Part shown: in pieces, positions 9,693-18,801 of the stretch
How positions within the stretch are numbered: position 1 is the first letter of the stretch
Layout of the letters: each line of letters starts with the position of its first letter
NCBI GenBank assembly: GCA_044229975.1
Contig: JBGARZ010000002.1
Location: 1-64,000, forward strand
Reading direction: 5' to 3'
Source of the DNA: Polyangiales bacterium
Lineage (GTDB): Bacteria; Myxococcota_A; Polyangia; Polyangiales; Ga0077539
Length of the DNA: 64,000 bases
The notes under the pieces: generated by a model
What the model was told of the DNA's origin: nothing
The model's database searches: none
What the model saw: only the letters and a program-made list of their open reading frames with translations
Program-made: the position numbers and the translations under genes

Positions 9693-9710
9693 GTCAATCA
9701 TAATTTTGAC
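9693..9710. promoter_or_regulatory. Inverted repeat GTCAA-N8-TTGAC, candidate operator
   Basis: GTCAATCATAATTTTGAC in an AT-enriched intergenic stretch. Confidence 0.45.
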
Positions 9711-9912
9711 GCTGCTCGAATGTGCAGCTTTGGCGACTTTGGGAGGGTCACCGTCACGTCCTGGTCACCTGGGGGTTCCTGGTGTCATTTCCTTGGCTTA
9801 CCCCCCGGACGTTGCCTGTCCGATCGCGAAAATGGCTTGTAGCGCAGGCTCCTGCGATGGAGCCGGCGGCGTCGCGACGCGAAGCGTCGAAGGACGACGA
9901 ACGATTCTGATG

Positions 9913-10145
9913 GGAGCTCCAGGGGACAAAGCGTCACCTGCACCGACCTGAACGTCTGTCTGTGTCTTGAAGGGCCCCGGAATCTGGCGCACCAAGGGCG
10001 TGCGTCGGGTGGCTCTGGGCCCGACGGGCAGCGGACGGACGGACCCGCTGTCGCAGTGCATTGAAGGGCCCCGCGGATCTCCTTTGATGTGGTCGGGTCG
10101 GTGTCGCCTTCGGGTGACCGGTACCCCCACACCCTGGGGACCTCC
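9913..10145 (+). ncRNA. Candidate structured RNA (sRNA or 5' leader), family unidentified
   Basis: Nested long-range helices with at least 8 G-U pairs on the + strand (see findings). Confidence 0.65.
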
Positions 10146-10258
10146 GTTGGGGTGTTGGGAGTCGTGTGCCCGGTGAGCGGGCGCGCGGCCGGAGGGGCTG
10201 TGGTGGCCCCGACGGGCGGAGCCTTGTTGCGCGACAGCGCACGGTTGGAGGTCGAGAG

Positions 10259-10783
10259 ATGTCGATGGAGGAACCGATCGAGATGAGGCCCGGCAGCGTG
10301 GTGACGCTGTCACTGGTTCGCGAGGCGCTCGGCGAGGCAGCGCCCTCCCGCGGGCCCGTCGGACTCGCCGGGTCGCGCGAGAAGTCCAAGACCATCTCCG
10401 TGAAGCGCCTCTCCAAGCGGGAGATTGCGCGCTCACGGCAAGAGGTCGAGGGCTTCGCGTATCACCGCCCGCGGCATCGGGCGGATTGCCAGCACGGCGC
10501 GTTCGCGGCGCGGCCGTGCCCCTATGTTTCGTGCAAGTTCCACCTCTTCCTGGAGGTGAACCCGCGCACCGGGAGCATCCGGATGAACTTCGTCGACAAG
10601 GAGCCGTGGGAGCTTCTGGAGACCTGTGCGCTCGACGTGGCCGACCGAGGCGGCGTGACGTTGGAGGAGGTCGGCGGTTGGCTCAACCTCACCCGCGAGC
10701 GCGTTCGTCAGCTCGAGGTCCACGCCCTCGGCGTGCTCCGCGCCGTGTCGGAATCCGCCGAGCTCATGGACCTCTGCGGCTGA
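10259..10783 (+). CDS. Cys/His-motif protein with a sigma70 region-4-like HTH only
   Basis: C…[12 protein letters not shown]…TCALD, then [21 protein letters not shown] (sigma 4.2 signature); GGAGG RBS. Confidence 0.85.
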   Translation: MSMEEPIEMRPGSVVTLSLVREALGEAAPSRGPVGLAGSREKSKTISVKRLSKREIARSRQEVEGFAYHRPRHRADCQHGAFAARPCPYVSCKFHLFLEVNPRTGSIRMNFVDKEPWELLETCALDVADRGGVTLEEVGGWLNLTRERVRQLEVHALGVLRAVSESAELMDLCG

Positions 10784-10876
10784 GCACAACGCCACGGCCG
10801 ACTCGATGCAGAGGGAGGCGGCGCGGGGTTTGGGTATAGTGCCCGCGCCGCGCCGGTGCGGCCCCCCGAAGGCGTC

Positions 10877-12451
10877 ATGACAACGATCCGTCGCGTCCTG
10901 GTTTCTGTCTCCGACAAGCGTGGTCTCGTGGACTTCTTGCGCGTCGTCGCCGCGAAGGGGGCTGAGCTCCTTTCCACGGGCGGCACCGCGAAGGCGCTGC
11001 GCGAGGGCGGCCTCACCGTCACCGATATCAGCACCTACACGGGCTCGCCGGAGATCATGGACGGCCGCGTGAAGACGCTGCACCCGCGGGTGCACGGCGG
11101 CATTCTCATGCGCGAGCTCGATGAAGATCGCGCGGCGCTCGCGTCCATCGGCGGCGAGCCCATCGACCTCATCGTCGTGAACCTCTACCCCTTCGAGGAG
11201 ACGCTGCGGCGGCCGGGCGCCTCGCACGAAGAACTCGTCGAGAAGATCGACGTCGGCGGTCCGACGATGGTGCGGGCCGCGGCCAAGAACCACGCGCGCG
11301 TCGCGGTGGTGGTCGACCCGGCGGACTACGCGCGGGTGCAGGCCGAGATCGAGGCCGACGGCGCCGTGTCGCACGCGACCCGGGTGTCGCTGGCGGCGAA
11401 GGCCTTCGCCCACACGGCGGCCTACGATGGCGCCATCGCGGGCTACCTCTCGGGCCTCGGCGATGACGGCGGGCGGGAGCGATTTCCGCGCTCGCTCCAC
11501 CTCGACTTCGAGCGCGCGTACTCGCTGCGCTACGGGGAGAACCCCCATCAGGAGGCGGCGTTCTATCGCGAGCGCGCTGCGGCGGAGGGCACGCTCGGTC
11601 GCGCCGAGAGCCTCGGGTCGGGGGGCAAGGAGCTCTCGTTCAACAACCTCGTCGACGTGGACGCCGCGCTCGAGGCGGTGCGCGAGCACGAGGGCCCGGC
11701 GGCCGTCGTGGTGAAGCACTGCAACCCGTGCGGCGTGGCCGTGGGCGCGACGCTCGAAGCGTCGTACCGGGCGGCGCGTGACGCCGACGCGGTGAGCGCC
11801 TTCGGCGGCATCGTCGCGCTCAACCAGCGGGTCGACGCGGCCACGGCGCGGGCCCTCGCCGAGACCTTCCTGGAGGCGGTGGCGGCGCCGGGCTTCGACG
11901 ACGAGGCGCTCGCGATCCTGCGCGCGAGGAAGAACCTGCGGCTGCTCGCGGTTGGCCCGTGGCTCACGGCCGACCATCGCGCGACGACGCTCAAGGCCGT
12001 GAGCGGTGGTCTTCTATTGCAGGACCGTGACGCCACGGCGCGCGACGAGGTCCGCCACGGCAAGGTCGCCACGAAGCGCGCGCCGACGGAGGACGAGCTG
12101 CGGGCGCTGACCTTCGGGTGGGCCGTGTGCAAGCACGTGAAGAGCAACGCGATCGTGCTGGCGCGCGGCGACGGCGGTGTGCTCCGCACGGTGGGCGTGG
12201 GCGCCGGTCAGATGTCGCGCGTGATCTCGGTGGACATCGCGGCGCGCAAGGCGGGCGACCTCGCGGGCGGGAGCGTGCTCGCGTCCGATGCGTTCTTTCC
12301 GTTTCCCGACGGACTGGAGCGCGCGGTGGAAGCGGGCGTGCGCGCGGTGGCCCAGCCGGGTGGCAGCGTGCGCGACGCCGAGGTCATCGCGGCGGCCGAC
12401 CGCGCGGACATCGCGATGGTGTTCACGGCGGTGCGACACTTCCGGCACTGA
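10877..12451 (+). CDS. purH: Bifunctional AICAR transformylase/IMP cyclohydrolase
   Basis: SVSDK, STGGT, GRVKTLHP, LRYGENPHQ, SDAFFPF, C-terminal RHFRH. Confidence 0.98.
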   Translation: MTTIRRVLVSVSDKRGLVDFLRVVAAKGAELLSTGGTAKALREGGLTVTDISTYTGSPEIMDGRVKTLHPRVHGGILMRELDEDRAALASIGGEPIDLIVVNLYPFEETLRRPGASHEELVEKIDVGGPTMVRAAAKNHARVAVVVDPADYARVQAEIEADGAVSHATRVSLAAKAFAHTAAYDGAIAGYLSGLGDDGGRERFPRSLHLDFERAYSLRYGENPHQEAAFYRERAAAEGTLGRAESLGSGGKELSFNNLVDVDAALEAVREHEGPAAVVVKHCNPCGVAVGATLEASYRAARDADAVSAFGGIVALNQRVDAATARALAETFLEAVAAPGFDDEALAILRARKNLRLLAVGPWLTADHRATTLKAVSGGLLLQDRDATARDEVRHGKVATKRAPTEDELRALTFGWAVCKHVKSNAIVLARGDGGVLRTVGVGAGQMSRVISVDIAARKAGDLAGGSVLASDAFFPFPDGLERAVEAGVRAVAQPGGSVRDAEVIAAADRADIAMVFTAVRHFRH

Positions 12452-12465
12452 GCCGGAGGTGGGCG

Positions 12466-12702
12466 CTACGGCGAGACGCAGGACGCGAGCGCGAGGGACG
12501 CCGTGGCGGTGGTGATCAGCGCGTCGCGCCGCGACGGAGCGAGTCGGGAGACGATGAGCAACAGGGCCGTCGGCGCGAGCAGCGTGAACGTCCAGCCGAG
12601 CAGCGGCCCGCGCGCGTCGATGAGCCGGGCCCCGAGCGTCAGGCGCGAGAGCCACAGCAGGAGATTGAAGGCGACCGTGAAGAGCGCAACGCGGAGACCC
12701 AT
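12466..12702 (-). CDS. Small membrane protein
   Basis: 78 aa with 2-3 hydrophobic segments; fills the gap between purH and the HD gene. Confidence 0.55.
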   Translation of the reverse strand: MGLRVALFTVAFNLLLWLSRLTLGARLIDARGPLLGWTFTLLAPTALLLIVSRLAPSRRDALITTATASLALASCVSP

Positions 12703-12756
12703 CGACGTGGCCGGTAGCACGCGCGCCCGCGTCCACTCAAAGAAGCGACGGACGCG

Positions 12757-14052
12757 ATGATCCTGCGAGACCCGGTGCACGGCGTGGTGGCCTTCGAGGG
12801 CGTCAACGGGCGGGTGCTGCCGACGCTGATCGACACCGCCGAGGTGCAGCGTCTTCGGCGCGTGCGCGCGCTGGGCGTGGCGTCGATGGCCTTCCCCGGG
12901 GCCGAGCACTCGCGCTTCGCGCACGCCGTCGGGGCAGCGCAGGTGATGGCTCGCTTCCTCGCGCGCATCGAGCCGCTCGCCGAGGCCGCCGGGTCGCCGC
13001 TCGCTCCCCACGACCACGACGACGCGCTCGCGGCGGCGCTGCTCCATGACCTCGGCCACGGCCCGCTCTCGCACCTCTTCGAGGAGGCCTTCCCGGGCAT
13101 GCAGGCCCACGAGCTGTGGACCAGCGCGGCCATCCTCGACCCCGACACGGAGACTCATCGCGCGCTCGCGTCATTCGACGTCGACATGCCCTCGCGGGTC
13201 GAGCGTCTCGTCCACGGCGTCCACCCGATGCCCGTGCTCGCGCGCGCGGTGTCCGGCACGCTCGACGTCGACCGCTGCGACTACCTCCTGCGCGACTCTC
13301 ACATGACGGGCACGCGCTACGGCCTCTTCGACCTCGACTGGCTCCTGCGCTCGCTCGCGCTCGAACCCCACGAGGGCGGACCGCGCCTCGCGGTGGACGG
13401 CTCCAAGGGTCTGCCCGCCGTCGAGGGATTCTTCCTCGCGCGGCTGTTCATGTACCAGCAGGTCTACTTCCACAAAGCGACGCGCGCCGCGGAGTGCGTG
13501 CTGCGATCGGCGTTCCGTCGGCTCGCCGACCTCGTCGCCGACGGGCGCACTCCTCACGGCACCCCGGCGCCCATCGCCCGCCTCGCGCGCGGCGAGCGCA
13601 TCTCCACCCGCGAGTACCTCTCGCTCGATGACAACGTGCTGTGGTGCGCGGTGGACGCCTGGCGGGGCGACGCCGACGAGGTGCTCGCCGGGCTCGCCGC
13701 GCGCAGCGGTCAACGCGACCTCTTCAAGACCGCGTCGCTCGACGACATCGACCCCGAGCTCGACCCCACCCTGCGCGCTGCGCTCGAAGGCATCGTCGCC
13801 GCGCGCGGGCTCGATCCGCGCTACTTCGCCTACCTCGACGTCGCCGACGTGGTGCCCTTCGAGTCGCCGCGCGTCCCCGACGATGGCCTGCGCGTCGTCC
13901 ACGCTCGTCGGCCGTCGCAGGCCCTCGAGCACGCTTCGTTTCTCATCGCCCGCATCGCCGACACACCCTTCGTGCGTCGACGGCTGATCTTCCCCGGCGT
14001 GGTGCGCGCGGCCGTCACCGAAATGCTGGAGTCGCACCGACCCCACCGATGA
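12757..14052 (+). CDS. HD-domain phosphohydrolase (dNTP triphosphohydrolase-like, YwfO/SAMHD1 type)
   Basis: RDPVHG, QRLRR, HSRFAHA, LLHDLGHGPLSH, DVDRCDYLLRD, MYQQVYFHK. Confidence 0.92.
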   Translation: MILRDPVHGVVAFEGVNGRVLPTLIDTAEVQRLRRVRALGVASMAFPGAEHSRFAHAVGAAQVMARFLARIEPLAEAAGSPLAPHDHDDALAAALLHDLGHGPLSHLFEEAFPGMQAHELWTSAAILDPDTETHRALASFDVDMPSRVERLVHGVHPMPVLARAVSGTLDVDRCDYLLRDSHMTGTRYGLFDLDWLLRSLALEPHEGGPRLAVDGSKGLPAVEGFFLARLFMYQQVYFHKATRAAECVLRSAFRRLADLVADGRTPHGTPAPIARLARGERISTREYLSLDDNVLWCAVDAWRGDADEVLAGLAARSGQRDLFKTASLDDIDPELDPTLRAALEGIVAARGLDPRYFAYLDVADVVPFESPRVPDDGLRVVHARRPSQALEHASFLIARIADTPFVRRRLIFPGVVRAAVTEMLESHRPHR

Positions 14053-14099
14053 ACGCCTCACCGCTCCGTCGGTGATGCCGTAGACTGCCGCCCGACCCG

Positions 14100-15092
14100 A
14101 TGGCGCACCCCACGCGAGCACTGCTGTTTACGTTGTTGAGTATTCCCTCCGCGGCGCTGGCCGACCCGCCGGCGCCCGTGGCGCTGGAGGTCGCCGCGAC
14201 GTCCGTGCCGGGGCGCCTGCGCTACACCCTGCGCAACGTCTCCGACGCTCCCGTCGAGGTGCTCGCCGATCGTCGGCTCCTCTCCTTCGTCGCGACCCCG
14301 CCGGCGCCTGTTCCGGGTGTGCGCCGTCGCGCTGCACCGCGACTCGCCCGCTGCGCTCATGACCAGCGGCCGCCGCTCAACGAGTTCTCGCCGCGCATCA
14401 CGCTGGAGCCTGGTCAGCGCTACTCCGAGGCCGTCGACGTGGCCGACCTCTGCGCATTGCGCACCCCCGCGCTGGGGCCCGAGCCGGTCGAGTTCCACTA
14501 TGGGTTCGCGCCGCCGCGGCGAGGGGCGGCGTCGCACGCGCGGTCCATCGTGACCGACGAGCGCGCCGAGACCTTTGCCGAAGTGACGACGCAGGTGCCC
14601 TCGTCGACCATCACCGTCGACGCGCCGGTCGACGCCGCGGGCCGCGCGGGTCAGTTGCTCGTGCTCGATGCGCGCGGATCGGGCGCGGCGGCGCCAGCGG
14701 GGTTGCGGGTCTCGGTCACGGTGCGCAACCCGAGCGTGCAGGCTACCTGGACCATGATGCGGCCGACGCAGTTCTCCTTTGTCGTGACCACGCCCGCGGG
14801 GCGTGACGTGGAGTGCCAGGCCGTCACCCGACAGCCCTCTCCGCTGCGCGACCTCTTCGTGCGCCTGCCCGCGCGGTCGCGGCGCGCCGTGACGCTGGTG
14901 CCGACGATGTATTGCGCGGCGGGCACCTTCCAGGCGGCCGGGGTGTACCGGGCGCGGGCTCGTCTGGAGAGCCGCGCGAGCGGTGAGGCGTTCGGATTTC
15001 AGCGGGTGTTTACTGGCGTCGTGGAGTCGGCGAGCTTCCCGCTGCGCTTGTCGCGGGGGGCCATCGTTCCCATGGAGCCGCGCTTCGAGTAG
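14100..15092 (+). CDS. Hypothetical secreted protein with two Ig-like domains
   Basis: Signal peptide (…AALA|D); two similar beta-rich halves (YTLRN / VTVRN), each with a Cys pair. Confidence 0.65.
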   Translation: MAHPTRALLFTLLSIPSAALADPPAPVALEVAATSVPGRLRYTLRNVSDAPVEVLADRRLLSFVATPPAPVPGVRRRAAPRLARCAHDQRPPLNEFSPRITLEPGQRYSEAVDVADLCALRTPALGPEPVEFHYGFAPPRRGAASHARSIVTDERAETFAEVTTQVPSSTITVDAPVDAAGRAGQLLVLDARGSGAAAPAGLRVSVTVRNPSVQATWTMMRPTQFSFVVTTPAGRDVECQAVTRQPSPLRDLFVRLPARSRRAVTLVPTMYCAAGTFQAAGVYRARARLESRASGEAFGFQRVFTGVVESASFPLRLSRGAIVPMEPRFE

Positions 15093-15136
15093 CACCCACA
15101 AGACGGCGCTCGCGCCGGGGAGAGGCGGAGAGGGAC

Positions 15137-16492
15137 ATGGCGAGGATCCTGGTCGTCGACGATCAGAAGAACATGCGGATCACCCTGTCGATCATGCTCC
15201 GCGCAGGCGGGTATGAGGTCGACGAGGCCGAGAATGCGGCGATGGCTGCGGCGCAGCAGAAGCAGAGCGCCTACGACCTCGTGCTCACCGACCTGAAGAT
15301 GGGCGCCGAGGACGGCATCGAGGTGCTGCGTCGCACCAAGGAGGCGTTCGCGCTCACCGAGGTCATCGTGATGACCGCGTACGGCACCATCGAGAGCGCG
15401 GTCGCGGCGATGCGCCTGGGCGCCTACGACTACATCCAGAAGCCCTTCAACGAGCAGGAGCTGCTCGTGAAGGTGCAGCGCGCCGTGGAGAAGCGGCAGC
15501 TCGGGACGCAGGTGGCGTTCTTCGCCCAGGAGTTTCGCGACAAGTACCGCTTCGAGAACATCGTCGGCCGCTCGTCGCCCATCCGCGAGGTGCTCGGCCG
15601 CATCGTGAAGATCGCGGGCTCGGACGCCACCGTGCTCATCACCGGCGAGAGCGGCACGGGCAAGGAGCTCGTCGCCAAGGCGGTGCACGTGAACTCCAAG
15701 CGCTCGGCGCTGCCGTTCATCCCCGTCAACTGCGCGGCGGTCACCGAGACGCTGCTGGAGAGCGAGCTCTTCGGGCACGTGAAGGGCGCGTTCACAGGCG
15801 CGTCGAGCCATCGCAAGGGGCTCATCGAAGACGCCTCCGGGGGGACCTTCTTCTTCGACGAGATCGCCGAGACCTCGACGGCCTTCCAGGCGAAGCTTCT
15901 GCGCGTGTTGCAGGAGGGGGAGATTCGTCGCGTCGGCGACAACAAGGCCATCAAGGTCGACATCCGGGTCATCGCGGCGACCAACCAGGACATGCACCGC
16001 GCCATCCTGGAGAAGCGCTTTCGGCAGGACCTCTACTACCGCCTCAACGTCGTTCGCTTCCTGCTACCGCCACTGCGCGAGCGACGCGAGGACATCCCGG
16101 TGCTCGCCGAGCACTTCATCGAGAAGGTGTGCCGCAAGACCAACGCGCGCGTTCGCATGGGCGACGGCGTGATGGACTTCCTGCTCGCCTACGAGTTTCC
16201 GGGCAACATCCGCGAGCTCGAAAACATGATCGAGCAGGGCGTCGCGCTCGCCTCGCAGACGGGCGTGATCCAGCTCGAAGACATCGCGCCGCAAGACCTC
16301 CCGACGGCCCCGCGCGACCTCCCCGGCGAGCGCTCGCTGGCCGCGTCCGTCGACGCTGCCGAGCGACAGGCCATCGAAGCGGCGCTGCGCGAGTGCGACG
16401 GCAACCGCGAGCGGGCGGCCGACCAGCTCGGGCTCTCACCGACCACGCTGTGGCGGAAGATGAAGCGCCTCGACATCCGCTGGCCGACCTGA
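15137..16492 (+). CDS. Sigma54-dependent response regulator (NtrC/AtoC family)
   Basis: Receiver domain, GESGTGKE, GAFTGA, FRQDLYYRL, PGNIREL, Fis-type HTH. Confidence 0.96.
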   Translation: MARILVVDDQKNMRITLSIMLRAGGYEVDEAENAAMAAAQQKQSAYDLVLTDLKMGAEDGIEVLRRTKEAFALTEVIVMTAYGTIESAVAAMRLGAYDYIQKPFNEQELLVKVQRAVEKRQLGTQVAFFAQEFRDKYRFENIVGRSSPIREVLGRIVKIAGSDATVLITGESGTGKELVAKAVHVNSKRSALPFIPVNCAAVTETLLESELFGHVKGAFTGASSHRKGLIEDASGGTFFFDEIAETSTAFQAKLLRVLQEGEIRRVGDNKAIKVDIRVIAATNQDMHRAILEKRFRQDLYYRLNVVRFLLPPLRERREDIPVLAEHFIEKVCRKTNARVRMGDGVMDFLLAYEFPGNIRELENMIEQGVALASQTGVIQLEDIAPQDLPTAPRDLPGERSLAASVDAAERQAIEAALRECDGNRERAADQLGLSPTTLWRKMKRLDIRWPT

Positions 16493-16507
16493 CCAGCGGA
16501 CGAAGCG

Positions 16508-17101
16508 CTACTCGCGGGGCGTGAAGTTGAAGCGCACCTCGGCGATGGCGCAGCCGCCTCGCGAGGGGGGGAAGCTGATGCGCATGAGCGCGGCCTTCAC
16601 GCAGTTGACCAATGGACGGCTGCTCATGCCAGTGGAGACCTGCACGGCGTCGAGGTGGCCGCCGGTGTTGATCTTGAGCTGAGCCGTGAGGGCGCCGCGG
16701 AGCGTGGGGTTGGCCCGCAGCTCGCGCTCGTAGCAGGCGCGCATCGCGCCGTAGTTGTTTTGCGCGGTGCGCTGGACGCCGCCGGGGTCGCTGAGGGTGC
16801 CCGAGCACTCGCTGACATACCGGGTCACGTAACGGATGCGGGGGGCCGCGGAGGCAACGTCCGGGGGAGGGCCGCTGTCGGGGATCTCCGGCGGCAGTTC
16901 GATGACCGCGCCGACCGTGGAGTTGGTGACGATGGGGGGCCCCGCGTCGTGCAGCATGGGGCGCACCGGCGTCGGGGTGGGAGCCGGCGTTCGCGTGAGG
17001 GCGTATATGCCCGCGCCGCCACCGAGCAGGAGCAGCAGCCCGATGACCGCGTATTTCCCGTTGCCCCCACCTGAGGTGGGAGGCGTCAAGTTGTCACTCA
17101 C
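16508..17101 (-). CDS. AgmX/PglI C-terminal (TonB-C-like) domain membrane protein
   Basis: TM helix, Pro-rich linker, MRACYEREL…LVNCV…ISFP. Confidence 0.8.
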   Translation of the reverse strand: MSDNLTPPTSGGGNGKYAVIGLLLLLGGGAGIYALTRTPAPTPTPVRPMLHDAGPPIVTNSTVGAVIELPPEIPDSGPPPDVASAAPRIRYVTRYVSECSGTLSDPGGVQRTAQNNYGAMRACYERELRANPTLRGALTAQLKINTGGHLDAVQVSTGMSSRPLVNCVKAALMRISFPPSRGGCAIAEVRFNFTPRE

Positions 17102-17162
17102 GTCGAGATCCCTCCATCACTCACCGCGCCGGGCCCGTCATACCACAGTTGAAACCGGTCAC

Positions 17163-18389
17163 TCACCGCGCCGGAACCTGCCACGGACGCAGCCCTCGGA
17201 AGGTCACGGTGGTCACCGAGTCGGGGTACACCCGCGCGCGGTAGCTACCGAGGTGCACCGGCTGGCGAGCGGCGTTGTAACCGACGGCGGACACGCGAAC
17301 GGGGCCAGGCGCGACGTCGAGCAGCGCGTAGGTCCCGAGGAGCGAGGTGCCTCGCTCGGCGCGGCTCAGGTCGGGGAGGGGGTTGGTGTCGTTTTCGGAG
17401 AAGTAGACCACCGGGCCGTCCCACGCGCGGCGCGGTGAGCTCTCGACGGTGGCGTTGGAGAGGCGGACGTCGTCGCAGTCGTGCACCTCGCCCGCGAGCG
17501 CGCCGCTGCCGATGGGGATGCCCGAGGTGAGCGTCGACGTGGCCGGAATGGCCGTCCAGTCGGAGTTGGAGATGACGCGCGCGAGGAAGCGCACCGATCG
17601 GCCCGTGACACCCGCCGGGGCGGGCATCGTGTCGATCTCCGAGTTGAGCATCACGACGTTGTAGTCGTAGATGCGGTGCGACCACAGGCCGGCTGCCTCA
17701 GAGTCGGCCGGGTCGCCCTCGGTGATGATGAGGAGCTCGGTCTCGGTCGGGATGTTGGGGATGGCATAGCCGCCCGCGCGCCGGGTGAAGAGCACCCGAT
17801 CGCGCGACGGGCTGTAGACGTCCTCCATGCCGGTCGCAGCGTGGGTGGTGTCGCTCACCGCGCTGCCGAGGAGCTCGCCGGCCGTGCCGTCTTCGTTGAC
17901 GCGGTGGACGGAGATCTTGATGTGCTGCGAGTCGCCGCCGTTGCCGAACACCTTCACGTAGCCCCACACCGTCACGCGCTCCGACACACCCGCGGTGGGG
18001 TAGCTGCCGGGCTGGAAGCACTGGAGGTTGGGCGCGCCGGCGGTGCCGCTGCGGCAGTACTCGCGGCGCTGGGTGTCGTCGCAGTTGGTGCGCTCGAGCA
18101 CCGCGCGCATGGGGGAGGGCTCGACACACACGCCGCAGGTGTTGATGGCGGGAGAGCGACAGGTGACGCCCGCCGCGTTGGCCCGGCAGTACTCGTCACC
18201 CGGGAGGCCCGTGCCGACGGGCGTGCCGGTGTCGACCGGCGTTGAGCCATCGCTGGGGGTCCCACCGTCGGTGGGCGTCACGCCCGAGTCGTCCCGAGCG
18301 CCACCACCGTCGGGGGTGTTGGTAATCGTCGAGTTGCTGCACGCGCAGCCAAGGAGCAGGAATCCGACGTGAACGAGCGAACGGCGCAT
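17163..18389 (-). CDS. Cys-rich hypothetical lipoprotein
   Basis: LLLGCACS lipobox, DGG/DSG/DTG linker repeats, C-terminal carboxypeptidase-regulatory-like fold. Confidence 0.7.
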   Translation of the reverse strand: MRRSLVHVGFLLLGCACSNSTITNTPDGGGARDDSGVTPTDGGTPSDGSTPVDTGTPVGTGLPGDEYCRANAAGVTCRSPAINTCGVCVEPSPMRAVLERTNCDDTQRREYCRSGTAGAPNLQCFQPGSYPTAGVSERVTVWGYVKVFGNGGDSQHIKISVHRVNEDGTAGELLGSAVSDTTHAATGMEDVYSPSRDRVLFTRRAGGYAIPNIPTETELLIITEGDPADSEAAGLWSHRIYDYNVVMLNSEIDTMPAPAGVTGRSVRFLARVISNSDWTAIPATSTLTSGIPIGSGALAGEVHDCDDVRLSNATVESSPRRAWDGPVVYFSENDTNPLPDLSRAERGTSLLGTYALLDVAPGPVRVSAVGYNAARQPVHLGSYRARVYPDSVTTVTFRGLRPWQVPAR

Positions 18390-18537
18390 GAGACCTCCGG
18401 TGCCGATAGCGGCGAGCGGCGCGGACCCTACCAAGAGGGCAACGCCCTGAACAGGTGGAGCATGCGCCGCGGCAGGGGGCGCCGGGTTGACGTCAGAAGT
18501 TGAGGCCGGTCGCGCGGGGGTGATAGCGTCGCGGGCT

Positions 18538-18801
18538 ATGCCGCTGATCGAAACCGAAGAGGCCGCGCGTCGCCTGGCGCGCGCCATCGCGAGTGACGTC
18601 TCCCTCTACAACGAGGAGAAGATCACCAAGGGGTTCCAGAACGACGACCTCTTCGACGCGCTCAAGGATGAGATCGAGGAGGGCCGCCAGCTCTATAAGT
18701 CGCGCGTGTCCGCCGACCTCTACGAGCGCAATTTCTACGGGCGCGCGCTCGTGGACATCCTCGTGAAGTCGAAGCGGCACATCAAGTCCAAGGTGTGGTG
18801 A
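18538..18801 (+). CDS. romX: RomX-like polarity protein (MglA GEF partner of RomR)
   Basis: RLARAIASDVSLYNEEKI…EIEEGRQLYKSRV…KSKVW recognised from memory as RomX family; upstream of rluD, as I recall for M. xanthus. Confidence 0.75.
   Translation: MPLIETEEAARRLARAIASDVSLYNEEKITKGFQNDDLFDALKDEIEEGRQLYKSRVSADLYERNFYGRALVDILVKSKRHIKSKVW

Noticed and set aside
9967..10073. Direct repeat as a mini CRISPR array
   Set aside because: Only two short copies ~81 nt apart and no cas genes.
9646..10436. Short ORFs across the intergenic region
   Set aside because: Atypical codon usage, mutually overlapping frames and no motifs; RNA structure explains the region better.
10784..10876. ZTP riboswitch upstream of purH
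   Set aside because: Region is short, has a TATAGT -10 at 10835-40 and shows no recognisable aptamer.
12757..14052. HD protein as an anti-phage dGTPase
   Set aside because: Looks like the widespread housekeeping YwfO-type family in core-gene context; no defence neighbours.
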